Positions 1-9,517 are shown, counted from the first letter of the stretch. The stretch: 64,000 nt of DNA from Pirellulales bacterium (GCA_041746715.1 JBGTGN010000023.1:12245-76244); one strand, 5' to 3'. Made by a program: numbers and translations. The notes: generated by a model not told the origin, from the sequence alone.

Positions 1-114
1 TATCGCGCGGGAAAGCGAATCGAGTGGGATGCCGCGGCCGTGAAGGTGACGAATTCCCCCGAAGCCGACGCGCTGGTTCGCAAGGCCTACCGCGCCGGCT
101 GGGACGTGGCCTGA
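1..114 (+). CDS. Gfo/Idh/MocA-family oxidoreductase, C-terminal fragment (5' end outside window)
   Basis: Frame 1 is open from the window edge to TGA 112-114. The tail YRAGKRIEWDAAAVKVTNSPEADALVRKAYRAGWDVA parallels the C-terminus of the complete paralogue at 6758-8155 (KKIEWDPVKLVATNAPEVEHVVRPTYREGWQM). Confidence 0.5.
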   Translation, partial: YRAGKRIEWDAAAVKVTNSPEADALVRKAYRAGWDVA

Positions 115-283
115 TGTTCGGGTGCCGAAAGAGCTGGGCCACGGCTTTTTCAGGCGAAAAAACAAGGGTCCACTCGACCCGCTTGTGTCAGTTGGCTACT
201 CTACAAGGCTCATTTTCCATCCTCCAACCCCGCGATCTGCCATGTCCGCTGCCGCTGCAACCGCCGTTTCCACCGCCGCCAGT

Positions 284-613
284 ATGACCGGTGCTGGTCA
301 CACCTATGCCGTCGTCGTTGACGGCGGCCGTCAGTACCGCGTGATGGAGGGGCAGGAGCTCGAGATCGACTTCCGCCACCTGCCCGCGGGCAGCGAGATG
401 GTCTTCGACGATGTGCTGGCCGTTAGCAAGGCCGGCACGCTCACGCTCGGCAAGCCGAAGGTGGCGGGTGCTACCGTGAGGGCCGAGATCCTCGGCCTCG
501 TACAGGGCGAAAAAATCTACGTCCAGAAGTTCAAGCGTCGAAAGAACTATCGTCGCCGCACGGGCCATCGCGCCCTCGCGACGAAGATCCGCGTCTCGGC
601 CATCACGGCCTGA
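284..613 (+). CDS. rplU: 50S ribosomal protein L21
   Basis: YAVVVDGGRQYRVMEGQELEID ... GEKIYVQKFKRRKNYRRRTGHR matches the bacterial L21 pattern. ATG 284 gives 109 aa. ATG 242 is also in frame. The track start at 122 is too long. Confidence 0.9.
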   Translation: MTGAGHTYAVVVDGGRQYRVMEGQELEIDFRHLPAGSEMVFDDVLAVSKAGTLTLGKPKVAGATVRAEILGLVQGEKIYVQKFKRRKNYRRRTGHRALATKIRVSAITA

Positions 614-675
614 TTCTGGCACATCGCAGGCGAGCGATCCTCGTCGATCTCCGCTCCGGGCGAGCCCGTGATCTC

Positions 676-2568
676 TCACAGCCCAAGGCCGGCGAGCGGT
701 CCGCCCTTGCGGCAGAGGGCATCGACCGCGGCACTGATGGCAGGGTCTTCTTCGACCGGTGGGGCGTGGTGGGGCTTGAGCCTCGCGTCGATCACGAGCG
801 GCCCTCGGCAGCCCCAGTGCTTGTGATGGATCGCGGCCTCCACACCGTAGACATCGGCCGCTGGGTTTGAGCGAGTGAATGTGACCCAGAGGAAGTTTTC
901 GAGCGATGCGGCCGTGAAGGTGGCGTCGTCGTCGACCACGATGAGCGGGAAGGCTCTGAGCGGATGCTCGGGACCGATCGCAACGCAGAGCCGGTCCACA
1001 TCGGCCGACCACGCCGCTCCAGCCGCAGCTTCCCAGATGGCTGCGTCACTTGGGGCATCGAGCCGGGGCTGCGGCTCGATCCGCGGCCCATCAATGGCGA
1101 CAACGCCCGGCAGGCAGACGCGAGGATTCGCAAAGCCATACGGGAGGGCGATGCCCGCGGGGATTTCAGTTGGAAGATCGCGGACCGCTGGACCCCTCGC
1201 GGCCACCACGAGTTTCGAGCCCGCATTCAATCCGCTTCCCGAGTAGTCGAGCGTGTCGATCGTGGTCTCGGTCTGAAAATGGCAGTCGCGTCGCCAGTCG
1301 GCGCGGGCGAGTAGGCAACTGAGAAATGCCCGGATGTCGTGGGCGTCGAGACCGGGGCAGTCGCCGCCGCTCACGATGAAGAGATATTTGGCAAGTGAGA
1401 GCTGCCCCTGGCCGAGGATGGCCGATGCCTGGGTGAGGAGCTCCGCCGGCCGGTCGGACCGCTTCCACGGCATATACCGTTCGCTGCCAACGGCGAGCAG
1501 CAGCGGATGAACGCCCGAGGCATCGACCGCGTGAACGCTCGTGACACCGGGGAGAACCGTGGGGATGACAGGACCGGTGAGCTCGTGGACGAGCCAACCA
1601 AAAAGCGTGTCTTCCTGCGGCGGTCGGCCGACGACCGTGATCGGCCAGATCGCTCCCTCACGATGCCATACATGCTCGACCCTCATCACCGGAAACTCAT
1701 GCTTGCGGGCGTAGTAGCCGATGTGGTCGCCAAACGGGCCTTCCGGTTTCGTGTCGCCAGGATGCACGGTTCCCTCGATGACGAAATCGGCATCGGCGTA
1801 GATTGCCGGCCGGCCGGCGCGGCGAATGAGTGGAATCCGGTGCCCCGCGAGCACGCCAGCAAACGGAATCTCCGAAAGCCCCTCTGGCAGCGGCATCATC
1901 GCGGCGACTGCCAATGCCGGCGAGCCGCCGACGAAGACCGACACCTTCAAGGGCTCGCCACGGGCCAAGGCCGCAGCATGGTGAAGGCCGATGCCACGGT
2001 GGATCTGATAGTGAAGCCCGACCTCACGGTCAGCAGCGTAGTCGTTGCCACCGAGCTGCACCCGGTACATGCCGAGGTTCGAGTGCTTGGGCCCAGGCCG
2101 ATCCGGGTCTTCTGTATAGACGGCTGGCAGCGTGATGAACGGGCCGCCATCGCCGGGCCAGGCGACGACGTTTGGAAGACTCGAGAGCGGCGCAGACCTC
2201 GCCATCACTGGACCGCTCCGCACCATCCGAGGCAGCATCGACAGGGCATCAAATGGACTTCGCCAGTAGCGGCCGGGCTGGCGAAGGGCTGCCGTTGGAT
2301 CGATCTTGAGTTCGACGAGGCGCCGCACCCGATCAAGCGAATCCGCGAATACCCTCGCGACCCGTTCCCTCGTCCCGTAGAGGTTCACGAGGATCGGAAA
2401 GACCGAGCCCTTGGGCCGGGTGAAGAGCACGGCCGGGCCGCCCGCCCGAAAAAGCCGCCGCTGGATATCGGCAATTTCGAGGTAGGGATCGACGGGGTGG
2501 TCGATGAACACGCATGCCCCCTCTCCGCGGAGGGTATCGACACAGTCACGGAGCGAGCGGAATCCCAT
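676..2568 (-). CDS. UbiD-family (prenyl-FMN type) aromatic decarboxylase, long form; possibly menaquinone/ubiquinone biosynthesis
   Basis: 630-aa ORF. The N-terminus MGFRSLRDCVDTLRGEGACVFIDHPVDPYLEIADIQRRL..GGPAVLF is collinear with UbiD. Later segments also fit: NLGMYRVQL and GLHYQIHRGIGLHH. Confidence 0.8.
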   Translation of the reverse strand: MGFRSLRDCVDTLRGEGACVFIDHPVDPYLEIADIQRRLFRAGGPAVLFTRPKGSVFPILVNLYGTRERVARVFADSLDRVRRLVELKIDPTAALRQPGRYWRSPFDALSMLPRMVRSGPVMARSAPLSSLPNVVAWPGDGGPFITLPAVYTEDPDRPGPKHSNLGMYRVQLGGNDYAADREVGLHYQIHRGIGLHHAAALARGEPLKVSVFVGGSPALAVAAMMPLPEGLSEIPFAGVLAGHRIPLIRRAGRPAIYADADFVIEGTVHPGDTKPEGPFGDHIGYYARKHEFPVMRVEHVWHREGAIWPITVVGRPPQEDTLFGWLVHELTGPVIPTVLPGVTSVHAVDASGVHPLLLAVGSERYMPWKRSDRPAELLTQASAILGQGQLSLAKYLFIVSGGDCPGLDAHDIRAFLSCLLARADWRRDCHFQTETTIDTLDYSGSGLNAGSKLVVAARGPAVRDLPTEIPAGIALPYGFANPRVCLPGVVAIDGPRIEPQPRLDAPSDAAIWEAAAGAAWSADVDRLCVAIGPEHPLRAFPLIVVDDDATFTAASLENFLWVTFTRSNPAADVYGVEAAIHHKHWGCRGPLVIDARLKPHHAPPVEEDPAISAAVDALCRKGGPLAGLGL

Positions 2569-2802
2569 CTACGTTTCTTCCTGGCGGTTGCCTCATCGTA
2601 GGCTGTCGCATGAAAATGTCGCCCAGGAGCCACGGTTGCACCGAGACCGGGCCAAGGGGACGGCGAGTAGACTAACGGTCCGCTATTTTTTTTTGGTGTT
2701 TGACGAGGTCGTTCATGGCATCCCGTCGCTTCGCTACGGGTCTTTGTGGCCTTCGACCTTGAATCAGCTCAACCTTCAAGGGAGCCTCGAGAGAACAAAC
2801 GA

Positions 2803-3213
2803 ATGGTCACTATCACCTCCACCTATGAGGGCGGTCTCCGTTGCCAAGCCACCCACGGTCCCTCGGCAACAACGCTCGTTACCGACGCCCCTGTCGACAA
2901 CCATGGTAAAGGCGAGAGCTTTTCGCCGACCGACCTTGTTGCCACGGCCCTTGGCACCTGCATCATGACGACGATGGCGATCGTGGCTGACCGCCGCGGC
3001 ATTGCCCTCGACGGTATGGCCGCCGAGACAGTGAAGGTGATGACACCCTCGCCACCGCGGCGGATCGCATCGCTCAAGACGCGGATCACGATTCCGCTTC
3101 CTGGTGACCACGAGGCGCGATCCGCGCTCGAGCATGCAGGACACGCCTGCCCAGTCCACAAGAGTCTCCATCCCGACATCGATGCTGCCATCGAGTTCAT
3201 CTGGACAGGCTGA
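2803..3213 (+). CDS. OsmC/Ohr-family peroxiredoxin-like protein
   Basis: Contains DNHGKGESFSPTDLVATALGTCIMTT and the second Cys motif HACPVHKS. Internal ATG 2803 (MVTITSTYEGG) gives the usual ~136-aa size. Confidence 0.85.
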   Translation: MVTITSTYEGGLRCQATHGPSATTLVTDAPVDNHGKGESFSPTDLVATALGTCIMTTMAIVADRRGIALDGMAAETVKVMTPSPPRRIASLKTRITIPLPGDHEARSALEHAGHACPVHKSLHPDIDAAIEFIWTG

Positions 3214-3253
3214 AGATCACCGGCTGAACGTCACCCTCCAAGGAACACCACCG

Positions 3254-4378
3254 ATGCGACGTGGAGTCGTGCCTTTTCTTGTTGCTGCCTTCATGGCCGC
3301 CACCGCGGTGGCTGGCGAGCCAGAGCCCGGTCTTCTGGTGTCGCGCATCGCCCTCGGGTCATGTGCCAGGCAGGATCGGCCGATGCCGATTTGGTCGGCC
3401 GTGAGTGCCTTCAAACCTGATGTGCTCCTTCTGCTTGGCGACAACATCTACGGCGACACCGAGGATATGGTCGTGCTGCGTCGTAAGTACGATCTCTTGG
3501 CGGCCGATCGTGGCTTCGGTGCAGTTCGCAACACGGTGCCGATCGTGGCGGTTTGGGACGACCACGACTACGGTGTCAATGATGGCGGCCGCGAGTATCC
3601 GATGCGGCGTGAGTCGCAGCAGGTGTTTTTCGACTTCTTCGGCATCCCCGCCGATTCGGTGGTACGAAAGCGAGAGGGCACGTATCGCGGGCTGGTGGTT
3701 GGCCCAGTTGGCCGCCGCGTGCAGTTTATCTGCCTTGACACGCGATTCCATCGCTCGCCACTGCTGGCCATCCCGAAGGACGAGCGAGTGCAGGGGAACG
3801 GACCTTACCTGCCAAGCAATGACCCCAAGGCCACGATGCTGGGATCAGCCCAGTGGGACTGGCTCCGCGCTGCCCTCCGAAAACCGGCGGAGGTTCGGAT
3901 TATTCTCTCGAGCATCCAGTTTGCGAGTGCCGAGCACGGCTGGGAGCACTGGGGGAACCTCCCAGCCGAACGGGAGAAGCTTCTGAGAACGATCCGTGAA
4001 TCTGAGGCGAATGGCGTTCTTGTGGTGAGCGGCGACAGGCACTCAGCAGAGATCAGCAGGATTCCGGCCGGTGACGATGCGCTTCGATACCCGCTCTACG
4101 ATCTGACGTCGAGCAGTCTGAATCAGCCGATCCGAGAGACGAAGCCTGATGGCGGCAACACCGATGACAAGGACGACGAGCCCAATCGTCATCGGCTCGG
4201 TACGCGATACCACGGAGCCAACTTCGGGACGATAGAGCTTGATTGGGAGTCTGCCGCCAAGGGGGCGTCACCGGCCGTTTCCCTTGCCATCCGTGACGTC
4301 GATGGGAAGGTCGTGCGGTCAGAGGCTGTTCCGTCTGGATCTCTCGAGCCCCAAGCGGTGAGCGAGCCGGCACCCTGA
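3254..4378 (+). CDS. PhoD-like alkaline phosphatase / metallophosphatase, exported
   Basis: Signal-like N-terminus MRRGVVPFLVAAFMAATAVAG from ATG 3254. Metallophosphatase motifs LLLLGDNIYGD, VAVWDDHDYG and VVSGDRHSAE. Confidence 0.8.
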   Translation: MRRGVVPFLVAAFMAATAVAGEPEPGLLVSRIALGSCARQDRPMPIWSAVSAFKPDVLLLLGDNIYGDTEDMVVLRRKYDLLAADRGFGAVRNTVPIVAVWDDHDYGVNDGGREYPMRRESQQVFFDFFGIPADSVVRKREGTYRGLVVGPVGRRVQFICLDTRFHRSPLLAIPKDERVQGNGPYLPSNDPKATMLGSAQWDWLRAALRKPAEVRIILSSIQFASAEHGWEHWGNLPAEREKLLRTIRESEANGVLVVSGDRHSAEISRIPAGDDALRYPLYDLTSSSLNQPIRETKPDGGNTDDKDDEPNRHRLGTRYHGANFGTIELDWESAAKGASPAVSLAIRDVDGKVVRSEAVPSGSLEPQAVSEPAP

Positions 4379-4387
4379 GCGACCCCA

Positions 4388-5725
4388 ATGCCTGATCTCT
4401 TTGCCGCGTCTCGTGCCGCGAATGTCGCTAGGGCCGCTCCTTTGGCAGCTCGCATGCGTCCGCGTCGGCTCGCCGACTATGTGGGACAGGAGACGATCGT
4501 CGGCAAAGGCAAACTCCTTCGGCGTCTCATCGAAGCCGATCGGCTCGGCTCGGTGATCCTCTACGGGCCGCCCGGTGTCGGCAAGACGACGCTCGCCGAA
4601 ATCATTGCCACCGAAACGCGTCGCAAGTTTCTGGAAATTTCGGCCACGGCCTCCGGCGTGAAGGAGGTTCGCGAGGTGCTCGAGGCGGCTCGGCGGCGGC
4701 TCGAGGACGACGGTGAGAAGACCTGCCTCTTCATCGATGAGATTCACCGGTTTAACAAGGTGCAGCAGGATGTGCTTCTGCCCGATGTCGAAAACGGGGT
4801 GATTGCGCTCATTGGCGCGACGACACAAAATCCGTTCTTCGCCCTGACCAGCGCCCTGGTCAGCCGCAGCCGCATCTTCGAGCTCGCATCGCTCACGGGG
4901 AGCGATATTGGGGTGATCCTCGACAGGGCGATTGCTGATCGGGACCATGGCTTCGGCCGTGAGTCGATCGTGCTTGCCCCGGAAGCGCGTGCGTTTCTCG
5001 TCGAGACTTCCGACGGCGATGCCCGACGGGCGCTCGGGGCCCTCGAGGTGGGTGTGCTATCGAGCCCGGTGCGGCCGCTCGAGATCACGCTCGAGTTGGC
5101 TCGCGAGAGCGTGCAGCGAAAGGCCGTGGCGTATGACTCGGGCGACACCCACTACGACTGTGCCAGCGCTCTCATCAAGAGCATCCGCGGCAGCGATGCC
5201 GATGCGGGGCTCTACTGGCTCGCCCGTATGCTCGAGGGCGGTGAGGATGTGCGGTTTGTGACCCGGCGGCTGGTGATTCTGGCCAGCGAAGACATCGGCA
5301 ACGCCGATCCCCGGAGCCTGCTGGTCGCCGTGGCCGCGATGCAGGCCACCGAGTTCGTGGGCCTCCCCGAGTGCCAACTCACACTCGCCCAGGCGGTGAT
5401 CTACCTGGCGCTGGCTCCCAAGAGCAACGCCTGCACGACCGCGATCGCGGCGGCCCGAAGCGATGTCCGTGAGCATGCGGTGATCCCTGTGCCCACGCAC
5501 CTGCAAGACAGGCACTACGCCGGAGCGAATCGACTTGGGCACGGCGAAGGCTACGCCTATGCCCACGACCACCCCGACGGCATTGCCGCCCAGGACTACC
5601 TTGGAGTCGAGAAAAACTACTACGCGCCAACGGATCGCGGCCTCGAACGCGATCTCGGCGAGCGGCTCTTGGAGATCAGGCGGCGTGTGCGGGAGGGGCG
5701 TCCGAAGCCGTCTCCAGAGTCTTGA
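4388..5725 (+). CDS. rarA: Replication-associated recombination protein A (MgsA/RarA AAA+ ATPase)
   Basis: LAARMRPRRLADYVGQE, Walker A GPPGVGKTT, Walker B LFIDEIHRFNK, and a C-terminal MgsA segment (YDCASALIKSIRGSDADAGLYWLARML, HLQDRHY). Confidence 0.92.
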   Translation: MPDLFAASRAANVARAAPLAARMRPRRLADYVGQETIVGKGKLLRRLIEADRLGSVILYGPPGVGKTTLAEIIATETRRKFLEISATASGVKEVREVLEAARRRLEDDGEKTCLFIDEIHRFNKVQQDVLLPDVENGVIALIGATTQNPFFALTSALVSRSRIFELASLTGSDIGVILDRAIADRDHGFGRESIVLAPEARAFLVETSDGDARRALGALEVGVLSSPVRPLEITLELARESVQRKAVAYDSGDTHYDCASALIKSIRGSDADAGLYWLARMLEGGEDVRFVTRRLVILASEDIGNADPRSLLVAVAAMQATEFVGLPECQLTLAQAVIYLALAPKSNACTTAIAAARSDVREHAVIPVPTHLQDRHYAGANRLGHGEGYAYAHDHPDGIAAQDYLGVEKNYYAPTDRGLERDLGERLLEIRRRVREGRPKPSPES

Positions 5726-6491
5726 GCTCGGTTGTGATGTCGCACGTGAGCACCTCCTCGAGCCGATGGAGCGCCTTGGCGATGGTGATCCCATCAAGCA
5801 CGCGGTGGTCAGCGATGATCGTGACGCGGCATCGGCCGGCATCATCGAGCGGCCCTTGGCAGAGGCTCGTCGTGCAGATCGTCGGATGGTAATGATTGCC
5901 GACCCCGGCGCCAGCAAGCGACGACATGCTGAAGGTACCGATCCGGGCGGTTCGCTTGGCCGTCGCCGAGTGCATGTTCCACCAGAGTATCTTTCGTCTG
6001 AGCCAGCCGGGGATACGCTCCAACTCGACCTGACGACGATAGACCTCCTCGATCGGTGCCCGTGTGTGTCGGTCGATGAAGGTCTGGATCCGGTCGAGGG
6101 GTCGGCGGTCGGGCGCCGGGAGGCGGGCCACAAACAGGCGATCGATGCAATTATCGGTACGGTTTATCGCCAGCGAGGCTACGCTTTCGCTCGAGGTGGC
6201 GAGCCGAGGTCGGAAGCCACCCACGAGCCAGCTACGTAGCAAGGGCATCTCGTCGGCGACGATCGCGTAGGCCTTCATGAAGCATGCGGCCCACCCGATC
6301 CGCCGCGTTGTGACCGCACGGGCCGCGGCGACATCCGCGAGTCGCATCTCGCGATCGACGGGAAAGAGCGGGACGCGACGACCGAGGATCGCGAGATCGT
6401 TGATCACGCCGCGGCCGGCCGGCAGCGGCTGCGTGACGATGGCTGGAAGGGACATGGCGGCGCATCCTCGAACCACTGGCAAAGTTTCCAT
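5676..6491 (-). CDS. Stand-alone 2-oxoacid dehydrogenase E2-like / CAT-fold acyltransferase catalytic domain protein
   Basis: Catalytic-type motif DHRVLDG at 5790-5810 near the C-terminus. No lipoyl or subunit-binding domain. Alternative start ATG 6455 (MSLPAIV). The 3' end overlaps the rarA 3' end by 50 nt (convergent). Confidence 0.6.
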   Translation of the reverse strand: METLPVVRGCAAMSLPAIVTQPLPAGRGVINDLAILGRRVPLFPVDREMRLADVAAARAVTTRRIGWAACFMKAYAIVADEMPLLRSWLVGGFRPRLATSSESVASLAINRTDNCIDRLFVARLPAPDRRPLDRIQTFIDRHTRAPIEEVYRRQVELERIPGWLRRKILWWNMHSATAKRTARIGTFSMSSLAGAGVGNHYHPTICTTSLCQGPLDDAGRCRVTIIADHRVLDGITIAKALHRLEEVLTCDITTELKTLETASDAPPAHAA

Positions 6492-6624
6492 TCGGCGCTC
6501 GGAATCCTAGAAAACGGCTGGCTTCGGCGATAGGCGTTTTTCGACGAGCCACTCGAGGAATTTTCGTCTGCTATAGTGAGGGGCCTGTTTCAGCGTTGCT
6601 CGAACAGGAGGCCCGATTCGGCGT

Positions 6625-6700
6625 GGTGGCTGTAGCTCAGTTGGTTAGAGCATCGGTTTGTGGTACCGAGGGTCGCGGGTTCGAGTCCCGTCAGTCACCC
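6625..6700 (+). tRNA. tRNA-His (anticodon GTG)
   Basis: Cloverleaf folded by hand. Encoded G-1 at 6625. Acceptor GTGGCTG (6626-6632) pairs with CAGTCAC (6692-6698). D arm GCTC/GAGC. Anticodon stem TCGGT/ACCGA with loop TTGTGGT (anticodon 6660-6662). 5-nt variable loop. T arm GCGGG-TTCGAGT-CCCGT. Discriminator C at 6699. A full CCA is not encoded. Confidence 0.92.
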
Positions 6701-6757
6701 ATTTTTCTGCCGCGATTTTTCGCCCGCATCTCGCCCGCCTTCCCTGGAGTCGCCCGC

Positions 6758-8155
6758 ATGTCTCGCTCTCCCCGCCGCCAGTCCGCGAGCCGCCGTTCGT
6801 TCCTTGCTGCGTCATCAACTGTTGCCGCTGGCTACTTCGTGGCACCGCTGACGCGAGGGGAAGATGCCGCTCCTCCAACGAGTGCCAACGAGGAGATTCG
6901 TTTCGCCTGCATCGGGATTGGCGGCAAGGGGCAGAGCGACTCCGCTGACGCGGCACGCGGGGGAAAGGTCGTGGCGGTTGCCGACGTAGACTCCAATCAA
7001 CTCAAGCGGGCCGCGAAGTCGTTCGCCAGTGCCATGCCCTACACCGACTTCCGGAAGATGCTCGATGAGATGGCTGGCGAGATCGACGCGGTCACCATCA
7101 GCACGCCAGACCACACCCACATCACCGCCGCGGCGATGACGCTGGAGCTTGGGAAGCACTGCTTCTGCCAGAAGCCACTCACGCGGTCGATCGCAGCCGC
7201 CCGTCTGCTTGGCACCCTTGCCCGTGAGAAGGGCGTCGCCACGCAGATGGGGAACCAGGGCACCGCCGCCGATTCCCTGCGTCGGGCTGCCTCGCTCATC
7301 CAGTCAGGTGCGCTCGGCATGGTGAAGGAAGTGCATGTCTGGACCAACCGGCCGGTGTGGCCGCAGGGGGGTGGTCGGCCTCCCGAAGCGCCAGTGCCTC
7401 CAAACCTCGACTGGGATCTTTGGATCGGCCCCTCGCCGATGCGTCCCTACGGCCCGGGGTATCACCCGTTCGCGTGGCGGGGCTTCTGGGACTTTGGCAC
7501 CGGTGCCCTGGGCGACATGGCCTGCCACACGTTCAACATGCCATTCATGGCGCTCAATCTCCGCGACCCTTCGAGCGTGCAGGCGCTGACCAGTGGTCAC
7601 AACAAGGAGACGTATCCCAAGTGGTCGATGATCGACTATGAGTTTCCAGCGCTCGGCGAGCGGCAGGCGGTGAAGGTCAAGTGGTACGACGGCGGGAAAC
7701 TCCCCGACGCCACCCTGTTCGCCGGATTCCCGGCGGAGCGGAAGGAAATGAAAGACGGTACGGTCCAGGAGAAGCCATTTCAGGTCGCGGCGAGGGGGGT
7801 GCTCATCGTCGGCGACAAGGAATCCCTCTACGCTCCGGGCGACTACTGCGACCAAGGGATCAAGCTCCAGAGTGGTGCCACGCCGGCCGACGTCGCGTTC
7901 GAGAAGTCGCCTGGCCACTTCCGGGAGTGGATCGACGCCATCAGGGGCGGACCGGCCGCGCGGAGCAACTTCCCCGACTACGCCGGCCCGCTCACCGAAA
8001 CGATCCTGCTCGGCAACCTCGCCGTGTGGGCCGCCGACACACCCGACGCTCAGGGGAAGAAGATCGAGTGGGATCCAGTGAAGCTCGTCGCCACGAATGC
8101 TCCCGAGGTGGAGCATGTCGTGCGGCCGACGTATCGCGAAGGCTGGCAGATGTGA
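6758..8155 (+). CDS. Gfo/Idh/MocA-family oxidoreductase with twin-arginine (TAT) signal
   Basis: ATG 6758 gives MSRSPRRQSASRRSFLAASSTVAAG (RRSFL TAT motif at 6788-6805). Rossmann segment IRFACIGIGGKGQSD. The track ORF start at 6596 runs through the tRNA and is rejected. Confidence 0.85.
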   Translation: MSRSPRRQSASRRSFLAASSTVAAGYFVAPLTRGEDAAPPTSANEEIRFACIGIGGKGQSDSADAARGGKVVAVADVDSNQLKRAAKSFASAMPYTDFRKMLDEMAGEIDAVTISTPDHTHITAAAMTLELGKHCFCQKPLTRSIAAARLLGTLAREKGVATQMGNQGTAADSLRRAASLIQSGALGMVKEVHVWTNRPVWPQGGGRPPEAPVPPNLDWDLWIGPSPMRPYGPGYHPFAWRGFWDFGTGALGDMACHTFNMPFMALNLRDPSSVQALTSGHNKETYPKWSMIDYEFPALGERQAVKVKWYDGGKLPDATLFAGFPAERKEMKDGTVQEKPFQVAARGVLIVGDKESLYAPGDYCDQGIKLQSGATPADVAFEKSPGHFREWIDAIRGGPAARSNFPDYAGPLTETILLGNLAVWAADTPDAQGKKIEWDPVKLVATNAPEVEHVVRPTYREGWQM

Positions 8156-8193
8156 GCTGAGCCTTTGGGCGCACGTCGAAGAGGAGCGATGGG

Positions 8194-9441
8194 ATGAAGA
8201 ATATCTGGGTAGCGGTCGCGTTCGTCGGCTTCCTGATGGCCGCGGTCGCCGCGGGTGCCCCAGGGCCGAATGATGCCGTGGTGGCGGCTGTCGAGCGGAT
8301 CGGTGGGACCGTGACCAAAGGAAGCGATGGCCATGTGACCGGCATCGCGTTGGCCAATCTCCCAACAACCGATGATGACCTTGCGGTCTTTGCGAAAATC
8401 CCGGGCCTCGAGTCGCTCGACGTCTGGGGTGCCGAGATCACGGACACGGGCATGGAATCGATCGGCCGGATGACGAGCCTTCGGAGACTCGTGCTCGAGA
8501 ACACGGATGTCGCCGACGAGGGAGCTGCGGCGATCGCCCGGCTCGAAAATCTTCGCGTGCTCAACCTTCGTCGATCCTCGAACATGACCGATACGGCGCT
8601 CGAGCACGTCGCGAAGCTCGAGCAGCTCGAGCAGCTCATCCTCCTCTACAACAACTTCACCGATGCAGGGCTTGCCCACCTGGCCCCACTTGGCTCGCTT
8701 CGCGTGCTTGACCTTCGAGGCTGCGCCCTGGTGAGCGACGCGGGGCTCGAGCATGTGGCCAAGCTCACGAGCCTCGAGCGGGTCAAACTCCGCTGCCCAA
8801 GCGTGAGTGACATGGGGCTTGCCCACGTGGCGACGCTCCCGAAACTTCGCGGCTTCGCGGTCGAGGACGGTCAAGTCACCGATGCCGGGCTCGCTCCTTT
8901 CGCCACCAAGACCGACATCGACGAAATTAACGTGATGCGGACGTTCATCGGCGACGAGGGCCTTGGCCATCTCGCCGGGCTTGGGAAACTCAAGCGGCTC
9001 GAGCTCCGCGGCACACTCGTAGGAGATGCCGGGCTCGTGCACCTGGCGAAGCTGCCCGAGCTCGTGCTGCTCGACGTGGCGGAAACGACCGTCGGCGACG
9101 ATGGCGTGGCGCACCTGGCGGGCCTCGGAAAACTCTCCGCGCTCGATCTCTGGGATACGCGGGTTGGCGATGAGGGGATGGCGGCAGTCGGCAAGATCAC
9201 CAGCCTTGTCTCGCTCAATCTCCAAAACACCAGCGTGGGTGACGAGGGCGTGTCGCGACTCGCCGGGCTCGAGCGGCTCGAGGATATCACGCTCTCCGGC
9301 ACGCAGATCGGCGATGCCGCCCTGGTGACGCTCGCCAAGCTCCCACGGCTTCGTCGCGTTGCGCTCGCCTTCACGGCCGTCGGCGACGAGGCGATCGCGG
9401 CGCTTGCTGCCAAGCGGCCGGCGCTTGTCATCGAGCGGTAG
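8194..9441 (+). CDS. Exported leucine-rich-repeat (RNI-like LRR) protein
   Basis: Signal peptide MKNIWVAVAFVGFLMAAVAAGA. About 14 tandem 24-25-aa repeats of the form L..L.L..T.V.D.G...LA.L. GAGGAG lies 7 nt upstream of the ATG. Confidence 0.8.
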   Translation: MKNIWVAVAFVGFLMAAVAAGAPGPNDAVVAAVERIGGTVTKGSDGHVTGIALANLPTTDDDLAVFAKIPGLESLDVWGAEITDTGMESIGRMTSLRRLVLENTDVADEGAAAIARLENLRVLNLRRSSNMTDTALEHVAKLEQLEQLILLYNNFTDAGLAHLAPLGSLRVLDLRGCALVSDAGLEHVAKLTSLERVKLRCPSVSDMGLAHVATLPKLRGFAVEDGQVTDAGLAPFATKTDIDEINVMRTFIGDEGLGHLAGLGKLKRLELRGTLVGDAGLVHLAKLPELVLLDVAETTVGDDGVAHLAGLGKLSALDLWDTRVGDEGMAAVGKITSLVSLNLQNTSVGDEGVSRLAGLERLEDITLSGTQIGDAALVTLAKLPRLRRVALAFTAVGDEAIAALAAKRPALVIER

Positions 9442-9517
9442 CGTTCCACGGTCGCGGTCATGCGCGCCGCCTGGAACGACTTCGCGAGCGTGACGGAGCA
9501 GCCTTGGCGCTCGGCGT

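Noticed and set aside
6625-9441. tRNA-His as the attachment site of a genomic island
   Set aside because: There is no integrase, no direct repeat of the tRNA 3' end that I could spot downstream, and no compositional break. The downstream genes look like ordinary lineage-typical genes.
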